A stretch of 64,000 bases of DNA from Bacilli bacterium (GTDB lineage: Bacteria > Bacillota_I > Bacilli_A > RFN20 > CAG-826). The translations under genes were made by a program, and so were the position numbers. The notes beneath the pieces were generated by a model. That model saw only the letters and a program-made list of their open reading frames with translations. It made no database searches and was not told the DNA's origin. This document shows positions 1 to 12,230 of this stretch, piece after piece; within the stretch, counting starts at the first letter, position 1; each line of letters begins with the position of its first letter. The stretch spans positions 9,074-73,073 of the forward strand of contig JAFZRR010000047.1 of assembly GCA_017619815.1 (NCBI GenBank). Reading direction: 5' to 3'.

Positions 1-29
1 TTTTCTGAAAGAGTGATTAAAAAGTTCAT
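1..29 (-). CDS. 5' end of an unidentified CDS running off the left edge (MNFLITLSE...)
   Basis: Minus-strand ATG at 29-27, AGGAGG (complement of 35-40) 5 nt upstream. Only 9 codons visible. Confidence 0.3.
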
Positions 30-43
30 ACTTGCCTCCTTTC

Positions 44-655
44 TTAGTCAAAATCAATGTTTACGCCTGAGGATTCTTCTTCATCCTCATCGTCTTTAAT
101 TTCTAAAATATTGGATTTTTGCTCAGTTTTTTCCAAAATAATCTCTTCTTCTTGGATGTTTTCAGTTTCTTCAGGAATATTTGGCTCATCATCAAAGCTA
201 GGTTTAAAGAGTGGTTCTTCTTCCACTGGAGCAGGTTCTTCTTGAGGAACTTCTTCTGGTTGGACAACCTCTTCAAAAGTGTTTTCTTCAGGGACACTTT
301 CTTCTGTCTCTTGTTCTGGTTTTAAATATTCAGGAACGTAGAAAGGATCAGTGGTGTCCGCTGCTGGGCTTTCTTGTGTATTTCCGTTTAAAGCGGAAGA
401 GATATCTTCATTAGTAACTGTTGTGGTTTTTTCTTCTTGAGGGTTCATTCCTGCAAGTCTCTTTTTGGCTTCAATATCTTCTGGCAAATCTTCATATAAA
501 GAACGGCCAGTAAAGAAAAGAATTAATCCTTTAACCGCAAGGAAAAGGAAGACGAAAAATGCGACCACACCATAAACCGCCATACCCACTAAGAGGAATG
601 GTAGAACTAATACGTACAAGACGCCTTTTCCGAAATTTTTAAAGAAACTAACCAT
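44..655 (-). CDS. hypothetical membrane protein with long acidic E/P/Q-rich C-terminal tail
   Basis: 203-aa ORF. Two N-terminal hydrophobic helices, then a low-complexity acidic tail (EEVVQPEEVPQEEPAPVEEEP...). No family recognised. Confidence 0.6.
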   Translation of the reverse strand: MVSFFKNFGKGVLYVLVLPFLLVGMAVYGVVAFFVFLFLAVKGLILFFTGRSLYEDLPEDIEAKKRLAGMNPQEEKTTTVTNEDISSALNGNTQESPAADTTDPFYVPEYLKPEQETEESVPEENTFEEVVQPEEVPQEEPAPVEEEPLFKPSFDDEPNIPEETENIQEEEIILEKTEQKSNILEIKDDEDEEESSGVNIDFD

Positions 656-658
656 GTG

Positions 659-1576
659 CTATTTTATTGTATCTTTCTTGTGTGGTTTTAACAAATAATT
701 ATTGATTAAAACAATAATTGCAACGATAAAAAAGAATATATTCACGAGTATTAAACCTTTAGGTTCTTCAACCATAGAATAAATAAGAGCGAAGACAATC
801 ATCGAAACCACCAAAGAAGCTCCTAAAGAAATATAAATAACGATGCTCTTTTCTAAAACTAAATAGATGATTGCATAGCAAACAAAGAGCAAGGAAATAA
901 GACTCATTAAATATGCGATTGGTCCACAGTTAGGAATAAACATAAAAGCAAACGCTAATGTCGATGCTGCACCAATAGCCATCGCTAAAGAGAATGGGAG
1001 TTCTTTAGGTTCATTGAGTGTATATCCAAACTTAGGTAGTTCTTCTTTAATGACCATATAAGCAATAATTTGTTGTGCTAAGGCAATAAAGAAAATGAAG
1101 CAAGGCACAACATAGTTGAGATATTTGAATTCGCCTAAACCGAATACTGTTGCAAATGAAACAACAACATCCTTACCGGCAATGAGATTTAATAGTGGGA
1201 TTGTGGCGTATGAAATACCAATTTGCACTAAAGTGGTGATAGTTAAGATCCAAAATGATGGAACTTTCTTTTCCACCATAAATCCAAAGAGGAATCCAGA
1301 TATAACTGATGGAATGACGTAGAAGATAGTGTCACCGATTTGCCACATTGTACAAATCATACACAAACCTATTGTGGCGACTGCATAGATTGGGAAGTAT
1401 CTCTTCTTACAGTGCAAAGTCACAATCGTTGATGTTAATGGTAAAACGAAAACGATTAAGAAAAATAAAAATGGCACCAAAACGGTTATCAAAACGAACA
1501 CTACGTTGATAGCTGCCATAATGGCCATATATGTAATATTTTGTACTAACGTTTCCTTCTTTTTACGAGGTTCCAT
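659..1576 (-). CDS. hypothetical polytopic membrane protein
   Basis: 305-aa ORF, about 8 hydrophobic segments, stop 3 nt upstream of the next gene. No family recognised. Confidence 0.65.
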   Translation of the reverse strand: MEPRKKKETLVQNITYMAIMAAINVVFVLITVLVPFLFFLIVFVLPLTSTIVTLHCKKRYFPIYAVATIGLCMICTMWQIGDTIFYVIPSVISGFLFGFMVEKKVPSFWILTITTLVQIGISYATIPLLNLIAGKDVVVSFATVFGLGEFKYLNYVVPCFIFFIALAQQIIAYMVIKEELPKFGYTLNEPKELPFSLAMAIGAASTLAFAFMFIPNCGPIAYLMSLISLLFVCYAIIYLVLEKSIVIYISLGASLVVSMIVFALIYSMVEEPKGLILVNIFFFIVAIIVLINNYLLKPHKKDTIK

Positions 1577-1655
1577 ATAAAAAAGTTTATCATTTATACA
1601 CTTTTTTTGTTACTGATTTCGTTTTTGAACACTATTTCTTTAATAGGAGGACATT

Positions 1656-2084
1656 ATGAATAAACTTTGGATATTATCACTTGTGCTCGTTTCATTAATT
1701 GGTTGTAGCAAGAAAGAAGAAATTGTTTTAGCGAAATATGATTATGCTGATGTCGCTGATCAAATCATTTGTTGGAAAGATGTTTTGTCTCGAGACAACG
1801 AACATTATTATGCATATATCTTTTCCAAGACTTGTGGACATTGTAACGAAATAAAACAAACGGTCTTAACATATGCTTTAGAACATATTGATTCATTTTA
1901 TTTTGTAGAGTTTAATAATCAGGTACCTGTTATCAATGACGTTTCATCAACAATTGGAAAAAGCAACATTGAGGAAATCGGAATAGTGGGAACGCCGACT
2001 TTGTTTATTGTTGATAACCATGTTTTAATGGAGAATATTCCCGGTTCAAATCGCATTGTTGAGACATTGACAAATGATTATTAA
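1656..2084 (+). CDS. thioredoxin-fold lipoprotein (extracytoplasmic thiol-disulfide oxidoreductase-like)
   Basis: Signal peptide with lipobox LIGC, CGHC redox motif, GTPT cis-Pro loop region, AGGAGG RBS upstream. Confidence 0.7.
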   Translation: MNKLWILSLVLVSLIGCSKKEEIVLAKYDYADVADQIICWKDVLSRDNEHYYAYIFSKTCGHCNEIKQTVLTYALEHIDSFYFVEFNNQVPVINDVSSTIGKSNIEEIGIVGTPTLFIVDNHVLMENIPGSNRIVETLTNDY

Positions 2085-2135
2085 GAATAAATTGAGTGAT
2101 TAAAATTGCTGTGCTATTATATTGCTAAGCAATAT

Positions 2136-6336
<4,201 letters not shown>

Positions 6337-6362
6337 AAGAAGCCAACTGGCTTCTTTTTTTA
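6337..6362. terminator. bidirectional rho-independent terminator between ligA and tarJ
   Basis: Hairpin agaagcc-aact-ggcttct flanked by an A-run and a T-run. Confidence 0.75.
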
Positions 6363-7400
6363 CCACTTCATGATGTTTTTACCAATGATGGTTTTATTTT
6401 CTATATCTTTCTTATAAGCTTCGTAGATATCATTAACGGAATTAATCTTTATTTCTGACAAGACCATTGGAAGAATCTTCTTTTGAACTTCCTCATCTTC
6501 TAATATCTTTGCCACATGTTCGAAATCTTTATTATCACTTCTAGTAACACCTTTTAGAGATAATCCTTTTTCTAAGACAAGTCTTGTATTAAGTGGAACT
6601 TTTTCTTCGCTGACACCCATGAGGATGAGATCCGCACCGACAGTGGCCCAATCAATCATCTTATTAATCGCATCAGCGGAATATTTACCACCAACGATTT
6701 CGATCATTGTGTCATATTTCTCACCATTATATTCTTCGTAGGTTCTAGCTTCGACACCTTCAAACATTGCTAATTTATTTTTATCAATGCCATAAACGGT
6801 GAGCTTTGTATTTGGGTGATCGTGTCTAAATACGATGTATGTGATGTACGCTAAGATGCCATCACCGAAGATTGCAACGTGGTCTGTTTCTTTGAAGTCA
6901 ATTCTTCTTAAACCAGCAACCGCAACACTTAGCAATTCGCTAAAAACAGCTAGTTTTGCAGGGATTTTATCATCATATTTGACCAATAGGTTTGATTCTG
7001 CAACATAGAATTGTTTTAAGAAACCATCGGAAGAAGAACTGCGGAAAGTGGAGTGGATAGCGTAGTTATTACCTAAGTCCTCTCTTTCACATCTCTTATT
7101 CTCAAAATCTTTTAAATATTTCTCATCAACGGAGTTAGGAATGAGAATAACTTTATCGCCGATTTTATATTTACCAGAGTTATCTTTAACGACATGACCA
7201 ACAGCTTCATGGATTGGTGCAAGTGGATATTTTTGGTTTAATATCGCAGGATCGCGCAAGCCTAAATAATAACGGATGTCCGCTTTACAAATTGCCATAT
7301 AGTCGACTTTGACTAATACCTTGTTTTCTTCTAAATCAACGGTATCGACAAATTCTTCTATAACGCCTGGTGATGTAACTTTATATAAAAGTTGAAACAT
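6360..7400 (-). CDS. tarJ: medium-chain Zn-dependent dehydrogenase, ribitol-5-phosphate 2-dehydrogenase (TarJ)-like
   Basis: 346 aa, MDR alcohol-dehydrogenase-like fold. Start overlaps the tarI stop (TAATG). Same length and partner as pneumococcal TarJ, from memory. Confidence 0.65.
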   Translation of the reverse strand: MFQLLYKVTSPGVIEEFVDTVDLEENKVLVKVDYMAICKADIRYYLGLRDPAILNQKYPLAPIHEAVGHVVKDNSGKYKIGDKVILIPNSVDEKYLKDFENKRCEREDLGNNYAIHSTFRSSSSDGFLKQFYVAESNLLVKYDDKIPAKLAVFSELLSVAVAGLRRIDFKETDHVAIFGDGILAYITYIVFRHDHPNTKLTVYGIDKNKLAMFEGVEARTYEEYNGEKYDTMIEIVGGKYSADAINKMIDWATVGADLILMGVSEEKVPLNTRLVLEKGLSLKGVTRSDNKDFEHVAKILEDEEVQKKILPMVLSEIKINSVNDIYEAYKKDIENKTIIGKNIMKW

Positions 7401-8113
7401 TATAAGACCTCAGTTTTTCCAATCTTTAATAATGCTTTTAGCATCATTAAGTCATCAAAAGTTGTAATTTTGAAGTTGAGTTTATCGCCTTCCACTAAAT
7501 GGACTTTATGACCAAGTAATAAGACGAGTTTTGTATCATCAGTGACATTTGGAATCTCTTTATTTTTTACTGATTCATGGGCTTCCATAATCACAGAATA
7601 TTTAAATGTTTGTGGTGTTTGACCTTGATAGAGTTCGCTTCTCACTGGAATATCACTAATGGTTTTTGCATCTTCACTTTTAACGATTGTATCTGTTGCT
7701 TTAACAACAGTATCAACCGCACCATATTCTTTACAGCATTCGATGTTCTCGCGAATAATTCTTTGACTGATTAAAGGACGAGCGGAATCGTGGATGATAA
7801 TAATATCATCGTCTTGTGCTCCAACAGCTTTGACACCCATTAAACCATTAAAGACAGAGATTTGTCTGGTTGCGCCACCGGCGACAACTTTACAAACCTT
7901 GGTTAAATCATATTGTTTGCACATTAATTTAACTTCATCGATATATTCTTCATTAGTGGAGATGACGATTTTATCGACATCTGGATTCACTTCAAAAGCT
8001 TCAATGGTGTGAACCATTAATGGTTTTCCGTGTACTAATAAGAATTGTTTTGGTTTATCGGCGTTGCCCATGCGTGAGCCTGTGCCTGCTGCGAGTATTA
8101 AAGCGATATTCAT
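7400..8113 (-). CDS. tarI: IspD/TarI-family cytidylyltransferase, probably ribitol-5-phosphate cytidylyltransferase
   Basis: N-terminal AAGTGSRMG nucleotide-binding motif, 237 aa, coupled to the TarJ-like dehydrogenase. Confidence 0.75.
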   Translation of the reverse strand: MNIALILAAGTGSRMGNADKPKQFLLVHGKPLMVHTIEAFEVNPDVDKIVISTNEEYIDEVKLMCKQYDLTKVCKVVAGGATRQISVFNGLMGVKAVGAQDDDIIIIHDSARPLISQRIIRENIECCKEYGAVDTVVKATDTIVKSEDAKTISDIPVRSELYQGQTPQTFKYSVIMEAHESVKNKEIPNVTDDTKLVLLLGHKVHLVEGDKLNFKITTFDDLMMLKALLKIGKTEVL

Positions 8114-8126
8114 AATGACACCTCTT

Positions 8127-8978
8127 TTATATTTTATGCTCTTTCATGTAAGATTTATAACCCTGAGTTAATGAGAGACCTTTGTCGTGGTGGTGACCAA
8201 CTTGTTTATCTTTTGGTGGCCACTTTCTCCAATCATTAAATAAGAGAGTTAGATATTGGTCATATTCTTTTGAAACACAAACCTCGATATCTTCAAACTT
8301 GAGTTTTGTGGTTTCGGAATAGATTGCCTTTGGCATAGCTTCTTTCTTTTTGTTTGTGCCACACATATTGCCAACGACTTCAGCATCTTTAAATGGAATC
8401 TTTGTGAGAATCTTTTCTGTGTGTTTTCTTCTATAGTGGCAGATATCAAATGGCCAAAAGAGGATGGCAACAATATTAAGTAATAAATCAGTGAACCATG
8501 TTCCTTTGGAAAACTTTCTTCTCATCTGTGGAAGATAAGATAAGAAAGATTGTCTCCACACTCTAGAAACTAAATGTGCGTATTTTTCTCTTGGTTTATC
8601 AAACTTATAGCCGAAACCATCAATTGGGAAGATATCAATCCAAACACCATGGTTAATTTGATGTTTGTAATAGAAGTTCTCAATATATGTGGTATCGCTA
8701 TCTCTTAACTTAGCGTAGTTATATGTGTAGTGAGGATCACTCTTCCAAGTTTGGATAAAGTATTTTGTACCTTCATATTCTTTTTGGAGTTCAACATACT
8801 TATCGAAATCTTCTCTAGGCATACCAACATCAATGTCATCATCCCATGGGATAAAGCCTTGGTGTCTAGCGGCACCCAAGCATGAACCACCGACAAGAAA
8901 ATACGTTAAGTTATGTTTTTCACACACCCTAATAAATTCTTTTAAAATATCTAATTGCTTTTGTTGTAAGTCGTTCAT
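8127..8978 (-). CDS. licD: LicD-family phosphotransferase
   Basis: LVGGSCLGAARHQGFIPWDDDIDVGMPR is the typical LicD nucleotidyltransferase-fold DxD region. First gene of the licD-tarI-tarJ operon. Confidence 0.8.
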   Translation of the reverse strand: MNDLQQKQLDILKEFIRVCEKHNLTYFLVGGSCLGAARHQGFIPWDDDIDVGMPREDFDKYVELQKEYEGTKYFIQTWKSDPHYTYNYAKLRDSDTTYIENFYYKHQINHGVWIDIFPIDGFGYKFDKPREKYAHLVSRVWRQSFLSYLPQMRRKFSKGTWFTDLLLNIVAILFWPFDICHYRRKHTEKILTKIPFKDAEVVGNMCGTNKKKEAMPKAIYSETTKLKFEDIEVCVSKEYDQYLTLLFNDWRKWPPKDKQVGHHHDKGLSLTQGYKSYMKEHKI

Positions 8979-9135
8979 GTCTCTATTATGTTAGCAAAAT
9001 TTATTATAATTTTGTGTATAAAAAAATAAAATAGAGTTTGTTTTACTTGATAAAGAAACAAAAGTGTTAGATATTATAATTCGATTATAATAAGATAGAT
9101 TCTTACTTAATGATGAGAATTAAAGGAGAAAAGAT

Positions 9136-10152
9136 ATGGCAATTCTAGTAACAGGCGGAACAGGATACATTGGTTCCCATACAGTCGTAAATTTATTAGA
9201 CCGCGGATATGATGTGGTCATCGTTGATAACTACTGCAATAGTAAGCCAGAAGTATTAAACAGAATTTTCAAAATCACCGGCAAAAAGCCAAGATTTTAT
9301 AAATTATCCGTTCAAGATGAACCTGAATTAAGAAAAGTTTTTGAACAAGAAAATATTACAGATGTCATCCATTTCGCAGGCTTAAAGAGCGTTGCGGAAT
9401 CTGTTGCTAAACCAGACTTATACGTCGCTAATAACGTGGGTAGTAGCCGTGTGTTACTAAAACTTATGAGAGAGTATAACGTTCACAATATCGTTTTCTC
9501 CTCATCAGCGACAGTTTATGGTGTCCCAGATCATGTCCCACTTAAAGAAGATGACAAAGTTGGTGGTTGCACCAACCCATATGGTCAAACCAAATTAGAT
9601 ATCGAATATATGCTCAAGGATTACGCAAAAGCAAATCCAGACGCAAACATCGCTATCTTAAGATACTTCAATCCTATTGGTGCTCACCCAAGTGGACTTA
9701 TCGGTGAAGATCCAAATGGTATTCCAAATAACTTAATGCCATATATCACTCAAGTTGCGGTTGGCAAAAGAGACCATTTAAATGTTTATGGTGATGACTA
9801 TAAGACAGTTGATGGTACTGGTGTTAGAGACTACATTCACGTCGTGGACCTTGCTTACGGTCACTTATGTGCCTTAAGAAAGCTCGCTGAAAAACCAGGT
9901 CTTGTGATCTTTAACTTAGGAACTGGTCGTGGAACAAGTGTTTTAGAACTTGTTCATGCGTTTGAAAAAGTGAATAATATTAAAATACCATATGTTATAT
10001 GCCCAAGACGTCCTGGCGATGTTGATGAAAACTACGCAGACGCCACAAAGGCATATAGAGAAATGAACTTCAAAACAAGCTTAACCATCGAAGATGCTTG
10101 TAGAGATTCATGGAATTGGCAAAAGAACAATCCTAATGGATATGACAAATAG
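9136..10152 (+). CDS. galE: UDP-glucose 4-epimerase
   Basis: GGTGYIGSH Rossmann motif, SSSATVYG, YGQTK catalytic YxxxK. 338 aa. Confidence 0.9.
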   Translation: MAILVTGGTGYIGSHTVVNLLDRGYDVVIVDNYCNSKPEVLNRIFKITGKKPRFYKLSVQDEPELRKVFEQENITDVIHFAGLKSVAESVAKPDLYVANNVGSSRVLLKLMREYNVHNIVFSSSATVYGVPDHVPLKEDDKVGGCTNPYGQTKLDIEYMLKDYAKANPDANIAILRYFNPIGAHPSGLIGEDPNGIPNNLMPYITQVAVGKRDHLNVYGDDYKTVDGTGVRDYIHVVDLAYGHLCALRKLAEKPGLVIFNLGTGRGTSVLELVHAFEKVNNIKIPYVICPRRPGDVDENYADATKAYREMNFKTSLTIEDACRDSWNWQKNNPNGYDK

Positions 10153-10163
10153 GAGGAGAACTT

Positions 10164-11093
10164 ATGAGTGCTCAAAAAGTAACAATTGAAAGCAAAAATG
10201 GCGATAAGCTATTTGGCTTAGCCTGGCATATTGATAACGCCCTTGCAAACGTTATTATCATGGAAGGCATGGAGGAACACGCTCGTAGATATGATGACTT
10301 TGCAACATTCTTAAATGGCAAAGGATTTAACGTCTATGCTGTTGACTGCTATGGCCAAGGTGAAAACGTCTTACCAGATGAAAGCAATAAAGGTATTTGG
10401 CCTGCTTCTGGTTTTAGAAAACAAGTTCAAGCTGTTGACTCCTTAGTGGAAAAATTAAGAATCTCTTGTAAACCAACATTCATCTTCTCTCACTCCATGG
10501 GTTCATTCATGTGCCAAGACTATATCCAAAGATATACCGAACACGTGAGTAAGGTTGTCTTATGTGGTAGTGGTTCTAAAAACCCAGCTGTTCCAGTGGG
10601 TCTCCAATTAGCGAAGATTATCGTTCATAAGAGAAATAGAGACAAGAAAGCCGGTTTCTTAAATAAACTTATGTTCGGTGGATTTAACAAGAAAATTAAG
10701 AATCCAAAAACAGCCTATGATTGGCTTTCTTATAATGAAGAAAATGTTAGTAAATACATTGCAGATCCACTTTGTGGATTTGGCCCAACCAATGGTTTCT
10801 GCTACGAATTCTTAAAAGGTATGGCTCGTCTATATAAAAAGAAATTCTTAATTAAGATTCGTAAAGACTTAGATATCTTCATTATTTCCGGTGAAGAAGA
10901 TCCAGTCACAAACTATGGTAAATCCGTTGGTAAATTACAAGAAATGTACACCAAACTTGGTGTCAAAAATGTTGAAACCAAGATTTACAAAGGAATGCGT
11001 CACGAAATCTTAAACGAAAACAATAAACAAGAAGTCTACGAAGACATTGCTAACTTCTTCTTAAAAGATATCGAAAAGAAGAACATCATCTAA
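10164..11093 (+). CDS. alpha/beta hydrolase (lysophospholipase / monoacylglycerol-lipase-like)
   Basis: Nucleophile elbow SHSMGS, C-terminal GMRHEILNE His region, AGGAGG RBS. Confidence 0.7.
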   Translation: MSAQKVTIESKNGDKLFGLAWHIDNALANVIIMEGMEEHARRYDDFATFLNGKGFNVYAVDCYGQGENVLPDESNKGIWPASGFRKQVQAVDSLVEKLRISCKPTFIFSHSMGSFMCQDYIQRYTEHVSKVVLCGSGSKNPAVPVGLQLAKIIVHKRNRDKKAGFLNKLMFGGFNKKIKNPKTAYDWLSYNEENVSKYIADPLCGFGPTNGFCYEFLKGMARLYKKKFLIKIRKDLDIFIISGEEDPVTNYGKSVGKLQEMYTKLGVKNVETKIYKGMRHEILNENNKQEVYEDIANFFLKDIEKKNII

Positions 11094-11106
11094 GTTCTTC
11101 TAACGT

Positions 11107-11183
11107 GCGCCCGTAACTCAGCTGGATAGAGTACCTTCCTCCTAAGAAGGGAGTCGGACGTTCGAATCGCCTCGGGCGCGCCA
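11107..11183 (+). tRNA. tRNA-Arg (anticodon CCU)
   Basis: Cloverleaf folded by hand. Acceptor GCGCCCG/CGGGCGC, D arm ACTC-AGCTGGATA-GAGT, anticodon arm CCTTC-CTCCTAA-GAAGG, T loop TTCGAAT, encoded CCA. One A:C mismatch in the T stem. Confidence 0.85.
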
Positions 11184-11200
11184 TTTGGTATAAAAATATT

Positions 11201-11224
11201 AAGCTCCATCATGGGGCTTTTTAT
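11201..11224 (+). terminator. rho-independent terminator after tRNA-Arg
   Basis: aagctcc-atcat-ggggctt hairpin followed by a T-run. Confidence 0.6.
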
Positions 11225-11252
11225 TATCCTTATATAAACTTATATATTCTTA

Positions 11253-11281
11253 TTGATATTTTTGGAAAACATATATAAGAT
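11253..11281 (+). promoter_or_regulatory. candidate sigma-A promoter for tRNA-Ala
   Basis: TTGATA-N17-TAAGAT ending 11 nt before the mature tRNA 5' end. Confidence 0.3.
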
Positions 11282-11292
11282 AATACAAGCAC

Positions 11293-11368
11293 GGGTCTGT
11301 AGCTCACCTGGGAGAGCGCCTCCATGGCATGGAGGAGGTAGAGGGTTCGATCCCCTTCAGATCCACCA
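11293..11368 (+). tRNA. tRNA-Ala (anticodon GGC)
   Basis: Acceptor GGGTCTG/CAGATCC with the G3:U70 alanine identity pair, anticodon arm CCTCC-ATGGCAT-GGAGG, T loop TTCGATC, encoded CCA. Confidence 0.9.
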
Positions 11369-11431
11369 AATGCCCGATACCAGTCTACTGGTAAATATAG
11401 ATAAGCCAATCTACGGGAAAGGCAAGAAAAC

Positions 11432-11472
11432 ATCCGTTAATCCGCTGTTAAAAGGCGCAACGGATTTTTTTA
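11432..11472. terminator. hairpin plus T-run downstream of tRNA-Ala, abutting the stop of the convergent 116-aa gene
   Basis: atccgtt ... aacggat stem followed by ttttttt. The loop is long, about 20 nt. Confidence 0.5.
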
Positions 11473-11820
11473 TTTTTCGAACCTCTTTTTATAATTCTTG
11501 GTCATTCTTGGTTTTCTACGTTTTACAATTTCTATCATCACTTTATCTTCTTTATGGATTCGCAAACCAAATAATTCGTGATTTCCTAAATCTTTTCTTA
11601 TTGAAAGCAAAGGCCTATTTTGCACATATGATTCTTTAACTCCTTTACTCGTTGGATATTTCAACCTTGTTCTGTGTCTTCCGTTTGATGAATCGAAAAC
11701 AACAATATAGTATTTGTTCTTCCTTTTATTTTTACGAAATAATAAAGAAGGATGGGAACCGCCTGTTGTAAAGATCGAATAAAATCTCCCTTTTAATAGT
11801 CTTAATTTCTTTTTTGGCAT
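11470..11820 (-). CDS. hypothetical small, very basic protein (116 aa)
   Basis: GGAG RBS 7 nt upstream. K/R-rich N- and C-termini (MPKKKLRLLKGR..., ...RRKPRMTKNYKKRFEK). No family recognised. Confidence 0.55.
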   Translation of the reverse strand: MPKKKLRLLKGRFYSIFTTGGSHPSLLFRKNKRKNKYYIVVFDSSNGRHRTRLKYPTSKGVKESYVQNRPLLSIRKDLGNHELFGLRIHKEDKVMIEIVKRRKPRMTKNYKKRFEK

Positions 11821-11932
11821 AAAAAAACTCCAATCTATATATTCCCCATGTGTATCTTGATGATTCGAATGAGAAATATATTAAACTGGACTAACTATGT
11901 TATTATACTAACATAAAAGAACATATTAAACT

Positions 11933-12196
11933 ATGGACGTAGATGAATTAAGTTTAGAAGAATTAAAAGATTTAGGCTGGGATGGAGATTTCTCTTCATT
12001 AGAAGCTTTTAAACGAAGATTAAAGTTTGCTTTAGCTTTGGGTTGGGATAGATATGAAATGTCTCTAGAAGAGTTTGAAGAGATTGAAGAAAATGGTGAT
12101 GAACCATCCGAAGAGATAAGAAGAAAACGCGCTGAAGAAAACGGATGGGACGAGGAAGAAATGGACCTCGAAGAATTCGAAGACTTATTTATGTAA
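11933..12196 (+). CDS. hypothetical small, highly acidic protein with internal GWD...LEEFE repeats (87 aa)
   Basis: ORF with repeats GWDRYEMSLEEFEE (12041-12082) and GWDEEEMDLEEFED (12143-12184). No obvious SD. Terminator immediately downstream. Confidence 0.4.
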   Translation: MDVDELSLEELKDLGWDGDFSSLEAFKRRLKFALALGWDRYEMSLEEFEEIEENGDEPSEEIRRKRAEENGWDEEEMDLEEFEDLFM

Positions 12197-12199
12197 AAT

Positions 12200-12230
12200 A
12201 AAACCCGAGAATGAACTCGGGTTCTTTTAT
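12200..12230. terminator. bidirectional terminator between the acidic ORF and glnS
   Basis: aacccgag-aatgaa-ctcgggtt hairpin flanked by A- and T-runs. Confidence 0.75.

Noticed and set aside
11230-11639. ORFs 11230-11433 (-) and 11253-11639 (+) from the six-frame track
   Set aside because: They run straight through tRNA-Ala and its terminator, so they are artefacts.
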